Shown: one piece after another, positions 40,226 through 53,904 of the stretch
How positions within the stretch are numbered: the first letter of the stretch is position 1
How the letters are laid out: every line of letters begins with the position of its first letter
From: Camelus ferus
Lineage: Eukaryota
Assembly: GCF_009834535.1 (NCBI RefSeq)
Contig: NC_045696.1
Location: 32,986,001 to 33,050,000, forward strand
Length of the DNA stretch: 64,000 bases
Direction: 5' to 3'
Translations under genes and position numbers: made by a program
Notes under the pieces: generated by a model
What the model saw: the letters and a program-made list of their open reading frames with translations, nothing else
Told to the model about the DNA's origin: nothing
Database searches by the model: none

Positions 40226-40399
40226 GAGTAGTCTCTTCTAGATTTTTAAACAGTATGATTTTAATATGATTTTTTGATTTATCATTTTTGATATAATCTA
40301 TTGACTTAAAAATATTTTCAGCAAAATTTTATTTAATGTGGTGTGAGTAAAGCCTGACTACTTCAACTTTCATATTTTTATATAAAAACTTCACCAGAA

Positions 40400-41345
40400 T
40401 TGAAACCTTTTACTCTTTTAAAAATACTGTCAGTAAAATGAAAATGAATATACAATATTGGTAAATGAGATTGTACATCTGATAAAGGCTTTTCTTTTCC
40501 TCACAATTAAGACATATCACCAGATAAAAAGTAGACAAAACATGAATGGACTCTTCACTTGAAAAGATATACAAATGAAAAAGAAAACAAAACATGCTTA
40601 AAATCACCAGTCACAAGAAAAATGCAAAATAAAATCATGATGAAGTAATACTACACACCCACTAGGATGGCTGTATTCACAATAACAGATGCACATGTTG
40701 GTGAGGGTTTAAACTGGAACCTGATCTTTTTCTGGTGGGTCACTTTAGAAAACAGTTTGGTAATTTCTTAAAATTTGAGCATACATCTATGATACGAATC
40801 TGGAAACCCAAGAGAAATGTATCTACACAAGCAGATAATGTATACTTATAAAAACATCCAAGAATATTCAGAGTAGCAGTTGATTCATAACAGTTCAAAA
40901 CTGGAAAGAACCCAAACATACATCAACCGGCAAATGCTTAGAAAATATTGTATATCTATACAATAATAGTACTCAATAATAAAAAGGCATGAACTGTTGA
41001 TCTAGAACATGGATGTGTGAATATCAAAAGCATTATATTATGAATAAGAAGCCAGACGTAACATAATACATACTTTATGATTCCACTTATGTAAATTTCT
41101 AAAAGAGATAAAACCATAATGACAGCTAATCAGTTTCTCAGGGATGAGGTTGGGGAGGGTAACTGAAGCGACACAAGGGAAATTTGGGGGGCTACACAAG
41201 GGAAATTTGGGGGGCTATAGAAATGATCTATATTGTAACTGTTACTGTAGTTACATGACTGTACGCATTTGTCAGTACTTTCAAACAATGTGTAGAATTG
41301 GTGAACTTTATTACATATAAGTTATATTTCAAAGAAGCCGATTTA
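40400..41345 (+). mobile_element. Old L1 (L1ME/L1MC-type) 3' end
   Basis: ctacacacccactaggatggct, cactttagaaaacagtttgg, aactggaaagaacccaaac, aagaagccagac, ttatgattccacttatg. Confidence 0.8.
41171..41216. repeat. Perfect 23-bp tandem duplication
   Basis: acacaagggaaatttggggggct at 41171-41193 and 41194-41216. Confidence 0.95.
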
Positions 41346-41959
41346 AAATACTAGCGACAGGATAGAATATATGATAAGTCATACTAGGATGAATTTTATC
41401 CATATGGGAAAATACTATTTTCCTACATCAGACCATATTACAAATGAATTTTAGGGTAGATTAAAGAGGAGGAGATAAATATACTAGGGAAAATAATCCA
41501 GAGAAGTTTTCTCTCCTGCCTAAAGTTTTAATAAAAGAGTTGGAGAGCAAGAGTGAAAGTGAAAGAAATGTGATAAAAGATCTGAAGAATATATGAAAAA
41601 TATGTAACTGTCATTATGAGTATCAGCTAAATAGGTGCATATTATATCTCTTGCACTTTATTTTAAAATAATAACACTACACAGTAACAATTTTAAGAAC
41701 AGGCAAAATTGGAATCAGGCAGGAATTTTGAAAACAACAGGGATAGTTGTTAACCATAGGAACATCCATAGCCAAAAATAATTATTAGTAATTTATTCTC
41801 AAAGATTAATCCTTCTTGAAGGACAATAAATAATTATAGAATGTTATCCTGCTACAAGTAACTACACTTTCCAGCAAATGTCTGAGAGTAAAATAAATTT
41901 GCTGGGACAAATTGTATTTTTATCAACGACCACAGAAATATTTCCAGTCAAACATCACA

Positions 41960-42437
41960 TTTTCCTTCACGGACAGATAATATCTGTTGTCCACCCTTTT
42001 GAATCTGGGAAGTGGCTTCAGACTGCTCCAAACCAAAGAGTATCACAGAAGCCTTACTCTGTAAATTCCAAGGCAAAGTCATATCAGGGACACAGCTTCC
42101 CCTTGACTATCTCTTGGAACACATGCTTTGAAGTCTGGGTGTCCATGTAGCAAGTCCAACTACCTAGAAAATGCTATGTTGAAAAATCACATAATAATAG
42201 AGATGCCAAGGAGTCCTAGCCATTCTGGTGCTCAGCCGAGGCACAAGCATATATGAGTAAATGAAATTTCAGATGAGTCCAGACTACAGGCTTCAAGCTT
42301 CCCCTGCTGATACGAAGTGGAGCAGAAACATATTGGCCCTGCTGAGGCACCAGCCCAGACACCAAATCTGTGAGCAAATAATTATTTTTACACCACTAAG
42401 TTTAGGGGCTTTGTATGCAGCATTAGTATTCAGAACA
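41960..42437 (+). mobile_element. MLT1 (G/H-like) MaLR LTR
   Basis: ccacccttttgaatctggg, ccatgtagcaagtccaactacc, gtgagcaaataa...ccactaagtttagggg..ttgtatgcagca. Confidence 0.75.
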
Positions 42438-43079
42438 TTTGTCTAAAAATATAAGGTGGATAGAAAATGTAAAAAGAAACACAATCTGTCAGTAAGTTTG
42501 TTTTTTGATAAGACTTTTATGGGGGAGTGGTCATTTCATGTCTGCATCTTCAGACAACATGGAGAATGTAGAACAGGAGCTTAGAAAAGAGGTCTGGAGG
42601 AGCTAGAGATTTGGAGGACATTAACTCAAAAGTGATTTTTCTGATGAAGATATATGTGCTGGACCTTTATGTTTCCAAGAGTCTGATCACTCCTGGTTCA
42701 AGATTGTCTGAGGTGGGAAATGAGACAGAATCCTTATGGGTTTTTTTTTTTTGTTTTTTTTGTTTTTTTATTTCCCATCATCATATACCTACTTATTCAA
42801 GTTCATGCTATCAACATTAATTCCTAGTTTTTCTGTCAATTTTAAGTAGGCTCTGTAACGTCAGGGTGATTACAAATTAAAGGCTAAATTGGAACTTGGA
42901 ATGACTAAACTTCTAGCTGTCCCAGAGTTGCATCATGCCACAGTGGCGATGCTGGTGAGAAAATGACAGCCGTTTAAGGCACCTAATTCTTAATCTGTCT
43001 GTTACCCTAACTCAATACTTTGCCTTCCCTCTTTACAACAGGCACTAAACTTTTGGAAAGAACTTGTAAGTAGAAGATT

Positions 43080-44180
43080 TCAGATTCATAAAGAGAAGTA
43101 AAAAGAAATATAACGGGCCTTGGCAAATATAACTGAAAATAAAATGTGAAATGGGTCTTAGTATACAAAAGATATTTCTGAACATATAGAAACATGCTAG
43201 AAAGATTATAGCCCTTGAAACAGATGAGATTTGGAATGCACGTTTTGCTGTTATATCAAGTAAATTGAAGTAAGTATCAATGAAACAACTCAGTGTAAGT
43301 AAGATATATATATAGTGAAATACAAGAACTCGAGGAAAAGTGATACATTTATTTACTTATGAGGGAGGAAAATACCATTATAGAAATAAAGGTTACATTG
43401 GAAATCAAGAAAAATGTATCCTAAAAATAGTTAAAGAGATAGAGGAGAGAATTAATAAACTTAAGCCAAGTAAAATGTAAAAATGTGTGAAGATTTTAAA
43501 AGAAATTAGTAACTGTGTATGATAGAAAAGATGATCTAATGTATGCATTATTGCTAACTCTTATAAAGAAAGCAAAACAAGGGATACGAATTATGAAAGC
43601 AGAAACAAATGGAAAAGTTTTTCAAAGAGACAGTTTAAGAAAACTTGCATAAAATAAATGAAAATTTGAGGGGTGGGTATAGCTCAGTGGTAGAGGGCAT
43701 GCACGAGGTCCTGTGTTAATCCCCAACCTCCATTACAAAGATTAAAAAAATAAATACATGAAAACTTAAAGCCATATGCTAAAATCACAACTTGTATTTA
43801 GAAAAAAAAGAAAAAAAGATTCAAGTCATTTGACACAAGTGTACTTCAAGAAAAAAAATAAATAATCCTATAGCATTCAGAGGGAAAATTCAGTTTGTCC
43901 TTAAACTGGAATAAATAAAGCTGGCTTCAGAACTCAGTTGTAACAATGTGAAAATCTGAAAATGAAGCAGCATTGTTTCAAAATCATTGGGAAAGTAAGA
44001 GCAATTCAGAAATTTTAGATCAAGCTAAACTCTTATTCAAGCATGAAAATAACAGAGAAATTTGTAAATTCAGGAAACACGATCCTAATTAGCGAATTTA
44101 GAGGACAAGCTTTAGCAAAGAGATGAATGGAGCAACTTAATAAAAACTAGTGAATTTAAAATCTTTGTAAATGCCAATTC
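43080..44180 (+). mobile_element. Ancient L1 ORF1/HAL1-like remnant, interrupted by a SINE
   Basis: A-rich text with decayed ORF1-region motifs (aatcctatagcattcagagggaaaa, aaagctggcttcaga, agaaattttagatcaagctaaact). Confidence 0.45.
43668..43751 (+). mobile_element. tRNA-derived camelid SINE (vic-1 type), short internally deleted copy
   Basis: gggtatagctcagtggtagagggcatgcacgaggtcctg; TSD aaataaatgaaaattt (43652-43667) / aaatacatgaaaactt (43752-43767). Confidence 0.85.
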
Positions 44181-44359
44181 AGCTCCACAACTCTGACAAT
44201 GAAGGTGACAGAACGTGGGAGGAGAAAATCGTGATACAGAGTGGTGATATGTAAATAATAATACATACCAGTGCTCCCCAGAAGATAATGGAATGAGGCC
44301 ATAGAAGGCGTGGAGGGCGAGAAGGGAACACAGAGAACCTGAAGCACACACTGGCTAAG

Positions 44360-44560
44360 CACAGTTCTGGTGTCAGGCTTTTTCAGGTCAAAAGCCTTGG
44401 CTCTGCGGCTTATCTGCTCTGTGACCGTGGTTTGGCCCCCGTGCCTGCTACTTCACATCTGCGTAAAGTTGTGTCGCAGTGTTCAGCCACATAACGGCTG
44501 TAGCGGCATTAGTCAGTGTTTGCAGAGTACTTGGATCAGTGCTTGGCACATTTTATCCCC
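44360..44560 (+). mobile_element. MIR SINE
   Basis: tcaaaagccttggctctgcggcttatctgctctgtgacc...ttcacatctgcgtaaag...cagtgcttggcaca. Confidence 0.6.
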
Positions 44561-44597
44561 TGGAAAAGTAGCCTTTAATTAAACATACAGGATATTG

Positions 44598-45090
44598 CTT
44601 AAGAGCTCAGTCTTTTTTTTTTTTTTTTAATTGAAATACAGTCAGTTTACAGTGTTGTGTTACTTTCTGGTGTACAGCATAGTGGTTTAGTTATACATGC
44701 ATATATTCCTTTACATATTATTTTTCATTATAAGCTATTAAAAGGTGTTGAACGTAGTTATCTGTGCTCTACAGTAGGACTTTGTTGTTTCCCTATTTTA
44801 CAGATAGTAGTCAGTATCTGCAAATCCCGAACTCCCAGTTTATCCCTCCACCCCTGCCATCTTCCCTTCTGGTATCCACAAGTTTGTTTTCTAGTCTGTG
44901 AGTCTCTTTCTGTTTTGTGAATAAGTTCATTTGTTTCATTTTTTTGGATTCCACATATAAGTGATATGAAGGTATTTTTCTTTCTCTTTCTGGCTTCCTT
45001 CACTTAGCATGACAATCTCCAGATCCATTCATGTTGTTGCAAAATGGGATTATTTTATTCTTTTATATGGCTGAGTAGTATTCCATTACA

Positions 45091-45132
<42 letters not shown>

Positions 45133-45416
45133 ACGTCTTCTTTATCCAGTCATCTGTTGATGGACATTTATTTAGTTTGCTTCCATGTCTTGGCTATTGT
45201 GAATAGTGCTGCTATGAGCATTGAGGTTCATGTATCTTTTCATATTAGAGTTTCCTCCAGATATATGCCCAGGAGTGGGATTGCTGAATCACATGGTAAG
45301 AATAAATGCTGGGGAGGGTATGGGGAACGGGAACCCACCTACACTGTTGGTGGGAATGTAATTTGGTACAGCCACTATGGAAAACACTATGGAGATTTCT
45401 TAAGAGCTCAGTCTTT
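44598..45416 (-). mobile_element. Young L1 insertion with 5' inversion
   Basis: Perfect 18-bp TSD cttaagagctcagtcttt (44598-44615, 45399-45416); poly(T); antisense L1 to 45300, then sense L1 45301-45398; internal (CA)n at about 45094-45129. Confidence 0.93.
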
Positions 45417-46124
45417 AGGACTAACTGGGTTCAGATCTCAGGTCCAAATCCAGTTCTTTATAAAGAGAGTCTAAAATTTTAATTTTACCTTCTCTTACCC
45501 TTTTGGAGTCTCTTAAAGGGAAATAGACTTAAATTCCCCCACCAGTATGAATTATACTATTCCTCCTCAATTTGGAATGAAGGGAGTGGCTACAGTAATT
45601 CTTTCTTAAACTGATGTATGTATAAAAACATTCTGGTTTTTAAATTAAAAAAAAATTAATGATACAAAGAACTTTGCCTGTGTTACCTTGAAAGCCCTCC
45701 TCCTAACCCATTTACAATGTTCAGTGTACCTTTCAAGGTCATATATATTCTCCTATATGTACTCTATTTTACCAAGACCCTGTTTTGAGACCTTCAGTTT
45801 TTGTCATTTTAAAGAATATTGTGAAAAATTATCTTGTAGTGAAATCTTTATATCCATCCATTCTTACTTCTTTTTAATAAATTCTTAGAAGTAGAATTGT
45901 CTCAAAGGGATGGACTATTGATAATTATTTTAAAATATTTATAAAAACTATAGTAATTTATATTCTCATAATTTTCCCATGGCTCCTGGGGGTTTCTGTT
46001 GCTCCCTTTGCCAACAACCAATGTCAGGATTAGTGTTGAAGTTGAAAGTGATACCTCATTACTTGGTTTCGCATACAATTTGTTAATTGTACGACCACAT
46101 AGAATAAATATTAAGCACAGGATT

Positions 46125-46325
46125 TGAGAACCAGAATCTTTTACATTCAAATCCTGAATTTGCCAATTTCTGGCAATGTATCCTGCAAGTGAACCTTACT
46201 GAGACTCAGTTTCTCCACCTGTGAAATAGGAAAATTACAGTGCTTTGCTGTATTTTTGGAGAGTCTGTCTGATATGTTGCATGTTGAGTTGCTTGTACCT
46301 GGTATATGAATCATCATTGGTACCT
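46125..46325 (+). mobile_element. MIR SINE
   Basis: ttcaaatcctgaatttgcca...gcaagtga...ctgagactcagtttctccacctgtgaaatagg. Confidence 0.65.
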
Positions 46326-48479
46326 AATGTGAATATATCCTTCATGTATTAGTGATGTATATTTGTAGGTAAAGAGTATCTTCATATTCTTTGCACATTT
46401 TATTGAGGTGTATGTCATAGTCCTCTTCTCTGGCTTTGGGTTTTTTGTTTGTTTGTTTGTTTTTATTGGTTTGTTTGCTTGCTTTTGTGGTAGAGGGCTG
46501 TTAAATGTAAGTTGACATCCAGGAGATTGGCCTGTTACCTGGCAGCTCTCAGTTTGCCTATGACTATTCTTGCTTGGTAGCTCCCAGAAAGGCTGCTTTG
46601 GAAAACTTACTGATTTTCCAATAATTGTTGTCATTTCTACATCTGCGCCTAGCCTGCCCTTTTTTCCCTTTCTCACAGGCCACAGTCCCTGCTTCCTTCC
46701 TGTAATTCTGCTTTCTCCAGAAGGGTAACTGTGAGTGTGGCCTTGCTGCCTTCCTCTGTCTGGTCCCATCTGTGCTGTATGCAATGGAAATTAATCTGCC
46801 CTCCTAGCAGGTGTGTATGATTATTTCCCAGTTTACACTTCTGATGCTGGTGTCTCTCCAGGATTGGTTCATGACAAACTCGTATTCATGTTGATACCTT
46901 ACCCAGAGTTAATCCAGGAAACATATTCAGACAATCAACATTTATAAATATTGGTTTGTCAGCTTGTTTATGTCTTTTCCTCCCCAGGGAAACAATTAAT
47001 TTGGCATGAATTCTTCAGATGTTCTTGGCTAGCTTCCAGGCGTTTAAAATAGATAAAAATTTGCAAAAGCATGTTTAATTTCGTGTCATCTTTGAACCCA
47101 CTTACATATCCTCTGTTTAACTGAACTCTCTATTGAATGTAAATATTTTATTACTTTTGTTTTTCTTTAACAGAATTAAAAAGAATGTTGTCTTGTTAGA
47201 GATGTAGTTCTCCATCCAAAAGTACCTCCAACTGCGGGAACAGTACACTATGAAATGGCATGGTTTCTAACAAATTGTCTAATATCTAATTAAGAATTAG
47301 GGTCTCTTACTCTGTTTTTTGTGTCATGCATGGGAGACAAAAGTACTAAAACCTCACTCAAATATCACAGTTATTATGTTGGTAATATAAATCACTTCTA
47401 TTTCTGTTTATGTCTCTTCCTCTTTACTGTTTTAGAAAGTAGATAGGCTTTATATAAAAAGGAAAAAAATCTTCAAATGTAGGAAAAATATAAAATCTAA
47501 GCTTTGGAGAAATATGTATATTTAAACAAATTGCTCATGCTTCTCTAAAAGCCTAAATTGCTTCTGAGAGTCCTGCTTATCACATCAAGTGTTTGTCAAA
47601 GCTCTTTATCATCCTTCATCTGTATCAGGATGGAATAAGAAACACCTATTGTCTGCTAGTCCAGTACTGCTACCCAATATTTTTGGTTATTTTTTATTCC
47701 AACCTGGGCCTGTAAAAACACATAATATAGTTAAGTTTCTCTACTGAAGAAGAAAATTTGCTAAAATATATTCTGGTGCTATTTTTAGTTTGTATTAGCT
47801 TGACCTTCTTCATGAGCTCAAAGTATGCTATCTTCCCTCCATCCTCCAAATCCCTTGAATTACAAGCAAATGCTCCTCTTTCAGTTGTTCGCTACTCAAT
47901 CGATTTAAACACTTTACAGTATTGGTGCATATAAGTTTGACCTATGGACTACTTGCAGTGGTATTACCTAGGAACTTTTAAACATGCAAAATTTCAGTTT
48001 ATACTTCAGACTTACTGAGTCACAACATGCATTTGTTTATGTATTTTTTGCCATTCTAAGAAGTGTTCAGTGGTATCTCATTATTTTCCCTTGACTGTTT
48101 GTTATTTACAAATATTTACTGATTGAGTGTTAAATTTCATTTTTGATTACATATAAACTTGAATAATTTTTCAAATGTTTAATGGCCTTTTGTATTTTTC
48201 CTTCTCTCTGTTAATTTTTTTTAAAATACTGATTATTGCATTTATGCAATACTACCATGATTATCCTTTTTTTTTTTTTTTTTTTTTTCCAGCTTTTAAC
48301 ACCATCTGCCCTGGGTGCCAGGGCAACAACTGGGTTTAAAATCCAGCATAACCTGAATGGGGACATGCTGGACCTGATAATGAAGGAAAGACACTCCACC
48401 AGCAAAGTTGCTTGAATTGGCCAGCATGTACTGGTAGGTGTCAAAGAGTACCCCTGGCACTGGATTATTATTTTTTTTG

Positions 48480-48925
48480 TAGTTCTCTCATCCCCACTGT
48501 TTGCCTCTGACAACAACCAGTCTGTTCTCTATATCTGTGAGCCTTTTTTGTTCTGCTTTGTTTTGGATTTTAAGATTCCACATTTACAAGAGGTGATAAT
48601 GGCATTTCTCTTTATCTGTCTGACTTACTTCACTTCGTAAGATGCCCTTGAGGTCCATCCATGTCGCAGATAGTAGGATTTCATTTTTTTATGGCTGAAT
48701 AATATTACATTGTACATACACACCACAATTTTTTTATCCGTTCATCCATTGATGGACACTTAGATTTTTTTCCATATCTTGACTATTGTAAATAATGCTG
48801 CAGCATACATGGGGTGATTATATCTTTCCAAGTTAGTGTTTTTATTTTCTTCAGATGAATACCCAGGAGTGGAGTTGCTGGATCGTATGGTACTTTTGTT
48901 TTTAGTTGTTTGAAGAACCTCCCTT
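48480..48925 (-). mobile_element. L1 3'UTR fragment
   Basis: aaccagtctgttctctatatctgtgag, agattccacat, ttcatccattgatggacacttag, atacccaggagtggagttgctggatcgtatggta. Confidence 0.85.
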
Positions 48926-50174
48926 TATTGTACTGTTGTATCCTGTTCAGTATTCTTTCTAAGTGCTACCTTAATATCATCTATGTTGATACCAGTTGGA
49001 CTTACCCATTTTTTTCCAGTTGACATGCAATCGACAGAGAAATTTTGATTTCTTTAATAGCTCTACGTTCGAAGTAAGTTCAGAGTCCAGTAACTATTTC
49101 TGTAAATTTTCTATTTGTTAAACTACATGCTTACAAGTACAAGTACAGTGACTGTCTCACACGTCGAAGGACCTGCAGTGCCGTGGTGGCTGAGGTCAGT
49201 GGGTAAAGAGGACACATTTTGGACTTGACTTTAAAAAATCTGTGTTCTGCTAATTGTTTTTGTGGCCTAGTTAAGTAATTTAAGATTTCTGAGATTCCAC
49301 TTCTTTACCCATAAAATCTAATTATGCATACTTTGTGGATATGTTAAAGAATAACTTATGGTATTTGACAGCGGTCAGTAGGACAGGTTTTGAGGATTAG
49401 CCAGACCTCAAGGGGAAACCTGGTTCGAAAGGCCGCTGCCACCTGTATAATCTTGTGCAGATCAAACACTTACGAGCACTTCAGTTTCCACAGGGTAAAA
49501 TGCGGACAATAACCTTTGTCTCATATAGGTATCGAAACTATTAAACCAGATAATGTATGTCAAACACGCCCCATTTTTCCATTATAGTCTTAAATAGTAT
49601 CTATAATTATATTAACTTCTAAAGAAGGTCAGTTTACGTTAACTTTTTTCTGCCGTCATTTTCCCTTCCTTACACTTGCTGTGCTGCACAGATTGGCTTC
49701 AGGAGCTCTGGTTTCAAGTGTTGTTCTGATGACTTCTGGCCCTGTGTCAATACTATTTCTGGATTTGATGTGTTATTTATGGAACTGGAACCATAAAGCT
49801 CAGGTGAGATGAAGGATGTTAAAATGCTGTGACAACTCTAAAATGATGTAAATAATGTGAGTTGTTTATTAAGTTATATTGCAGATGTTAATTAGTCATC
49901 TACCTATTCCTTCAGCAAATATTTATTGAATATATAAGAAGTTCTAGGCATTGTGTTGGATACTCAGGAGTGATGCAGATAGGCTCTGCTTTAAAGGAGC
50001 CACAAACTAGCGGATGATGCAGTCACGTGCACGGCGTCTGCAGTGGTGTGATGTGTTCGTGGTAGGGGTAGGCACATGCGACTGAAGGATAGCTCTTCAT
50101 TGAGTACAGCCAGAATTCTTCTGCCTGAATTCAAATGAAAATATTGCAATTGAAGGATGATTGTTCTCTTTTCA

Positions 50175-50678
<504 letters not shown>

Positions 50679-52254
50679 CCCCATTTTTAATCCAGTCTCT
50701 TACTGTGTCTCCCCTCTAATTCCCCTACCCTTCTATGATAGGGAAGATCCATTAAATAACTGCTCAAAATAAGATGGTTTCAGAGCTAATTCAGATGAAA
50801 CTATTTTCCTTGGCAGATGTGGGACTATAGAAGAATTGAGGGGAAAAAATGATGTGTGTGCCAGTTATTCAATGTGTTTGTACAACTTTTTTTTCCTCCA
50901 GCAAAATGCGTTGAGGCCCTATGCCATTCTGAACTCTACTGGTATCTTGTAATTTGCCTTTTCATCTATACCTACCCAGGAAATGATGACCTTTTATCTT
51001 TAACTTCAAAAGACATATTCTTAACTTAGCTCTATCCCCAGGTAAAAATTACACAGAATCTGCTGAACCACCACTGATGTAAGAAACACTGATGCAAAAG
51101 CCGTTAGCTTCTTAGTCATATCCTTTTATTATTGTGTTTGTCTTCATGGTTCAAAAGATGCCAAATGCAAAGTTTACAGCAGTGGCTGACGGAGAGATTC
51201 TTTGCCAGCAGCAAAATAGTTCAAGTGAGTTGTAAAATCCGCATGGTCAAATTGAATTCAGAGAAAGTTTGACTCACTCCTAGAGGCAATGATTAATTTC
51301 ATTACAGGGGAAAAAAAAAAGTCCGCCAAGTTAGTCTGTCAGTCACAATGTCTAATTTCATTGAAATGCTTAAAAAGTTATGGGATAAAAAGCTTAGTTC
51401 TGTGTGAATTTTCAGATACTGTCAGTGGCAGCAGAACACAAACCATGCACTAGCAGTTGACTGTATATGAAATAGATTAGGGTACGCAGTTGTAGCTAAG
51501 AATATATTGTCTAGACTTAACCACTAAGCAACATTTTCAAAGGGGCCGCCCTGGGGCCTAATGTCTACAGGAATGCATTCAATACATATCTTTGCTTAAA
51601 TAATATATGGTGTTTTTGAGCATTATGCTTAGAGTTTAGAATCACCATCCAAAAAAAGTGAGAAGATAAATTATATAAAACTGAATTTTAGAGAAGGAAA
51701 GTAAGAGAAAGAAGGGAAACTGTGAAAAGGTGTTTTTCATTTGTACTTTATTCCTACAGTATTAATCATGAATTATGTGTGTGTGTTCTTTATACAAAGG
51801 AAAAAACATTGAGGTAAAAATGTCTGAGAGACCTGTGTCATTAGAAGTGAGAGCTTTGGCTAGACAGTATCAGTATTTCTGGTAGCTCTGGAATTCTAAG
51901 TGTTTTTCATCGTGTAAGACTTCATTCATACAGAAGTGTCAGTGTTTGAATTTCTTTACCTGGACTGCTGAGTTTCAAATTATTGTATGGCCAACAAAGT
52001 TTATTCTTGAAAGAAAACGAAGATACAGTCTATAAAATAGAGAACAATTATATGCTGGCTTAATATATCTTAAGTCATGATTTCATTAGTAAAAGCATTC
52101 TTATATGAACTGGCGTGATATTTGCAAATACTAAAATCCTCTTTGATTGTAAGGCATTATTACCTTTAAAAATTCAGAGGGATATTTTAAAGGCTTATAG
52201 CATTAAATAATATGTATCTGTCTTCCAGTGTCTATATTAAATTTGGGTTGCAAA

Positions 52255-53610
52255 TTTTTTTTTTTTAACAAAACATGCTTTATTTAGTGAAAACTGGTGA
52301 ATGTGGGAAGGGCATGATAGAAGTGTACAGGGGCTGGAAATGAAAGGGTCAGGGGTCACACGGCAGGGACATAACAACTCAGGATGGAGGAGCCAGAGAT
52401 CAGAAGACTTGGAGGTGGGTGGTTGGTTCTTTGATAACTTATTGCCTGCTCTCCTAGGGGCTATGTGAGGCTCAAAACCCCTGGGGGTTCCAGAGGCCTC
52501 ACCATCACAGGAAGGCTTGTCCCTGTGAGCCTAGGGAGGCCCTGCCCCCCAAAACAGTGGGAACTCTTGGGGACAGGATAAAAGCATCTGGACAGCAAGC
52601 AGCCTTCACACTGGGCCCACAGGTCAAGGGTTGGTCTGAGATGGGGATGTCCAGGGTGGAGAAAGAGCCAGAAACTTGGAAGCATCACCTCTTTGGTTCC
52701 ATAACCCAAAGGTGAGGAACACCAGTAGCAGAGCCCAGGTGGGTTACCAAATGGATTAACAACCCCTGCCTTCTCCCAAAATAAAAAGCAAAACCAACCC
52801 TAAAGCTGTTATGGATCACCACCTCCAGGGTTCCATCTCAGCGGTTAGGCTCCACTGCCAAGGGAGCCCATACTCCCCTACCCAAATTAGACGCAATTCT
52901 TAGTGGGGCGCTCAGGGACCCCAGGAGGTGGTATGTGGGGCTGATGCCGAGTATTGGGCCATGTAATTGCTGGAGCCCTGGGACCCCCAAGAGGGGCAGG
53001 TGCAGCACAGTAGCTCCCCACCCAGCAACAAAAGGCCGGAGGCACCCCAGCCCACATAGAGGGAGGCTCCCAGCTCCCACTTTTGGGCCTCAGCCACCAG
53101 GGGGTTGTAGAAGTCTCGAATGATGGTGTTGGCTGTCCAGCACACAGGTATCAGGGTCCAGATCCCCGAGATGACAAAGATGATCCCTGAGGTGAGCACC
53201 AGTTGGGCCTTAGAGTCCTTGTCCATCACGCAGGTGGTGCACTTGGCTCCCGCAAGGTAGATCAGGAAGCCGAGCAGGGCCATAAGAGAGTGATGATGCT
53301 GAGGGCTCGGGCAGCCTGCTGGTCCTGCGGCAGCGCCAGTAGTGAGTCAGGACTGCATCTGGCCTGTGCTCTGCACCACGCAGGACAACCACAGCCCCTC
53401 CCACACCACCTGGGCCACCACGATGCTGTTGCCGATGAAGGCAGTCACTTTCCACAGGGGCAGGGCACCAGGACACCAGGGCATTCACCCAGCCAAGCAG
53501 TGACAGGACGATCCCCAGGATTTGCAGACCAGCAAGGGCCACGGTGAGGTGGAGGTTGAGGAGCTGCACTGCGAAGGAGTCCACAAAGATTCGAAGTAGC
53601 TGGCTGAGTG
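52255..53610 (-). pseudogene. CLDN6: Claudin-6 processed pseudogene (5'UTR, disabled CDS 52887-53542, 3'UTR, poly(A))
   Basis: Translations [63 protein letters not shown] and a C-terminus resembling CLDN6 ([16 protein letters not shown]...PTKNCV*); ATG mutated to GTG at 53542; frameshifts; antisense AATAAA 52279-52284; poly(T) 52255-52266; TSD tgggttgcaa at 52244-52253 and 53611-53620. Confidence 0.93.
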
Positions 53611-53904
53611 TGGGTTGCAATTTTTAGTAATTGTGGTTAGCTAATCTGGAAAAAAAGAGTGAGGAATTAAGTGGGTGGTTCCTTTTCCATTCAAATTTTA
53701 AATAAATATTTCATGAAAGAATTTTTATGTAATTTAAAAAATTTATGTTAATGTATGTCTGGCAAGAATGTATGAACATTTGCATTAAAGCAGGAAGTAT
53801 GGTAGATTAAGGATGGAAAAGAGCAGGAATTTTAGATTCCAGAAATAAATATGTTGTTTCTGTTTGATTTCAAAGTCACAGTAACAATGATGCAAAAAGT
53901 GGCA

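Noticed and set aside
46314..46784. 156-aa minus-strand ORF
   Set aside because: Spans a (TTTG)n-like tract and shows no recognisable domain or exon structure.
52912..53283. 123-aa claudin ORF as a functional gene
   Set aside because: Internal fragment of a retrocopy with a mutated start codon, frameshifts, poly(A) and TSD.
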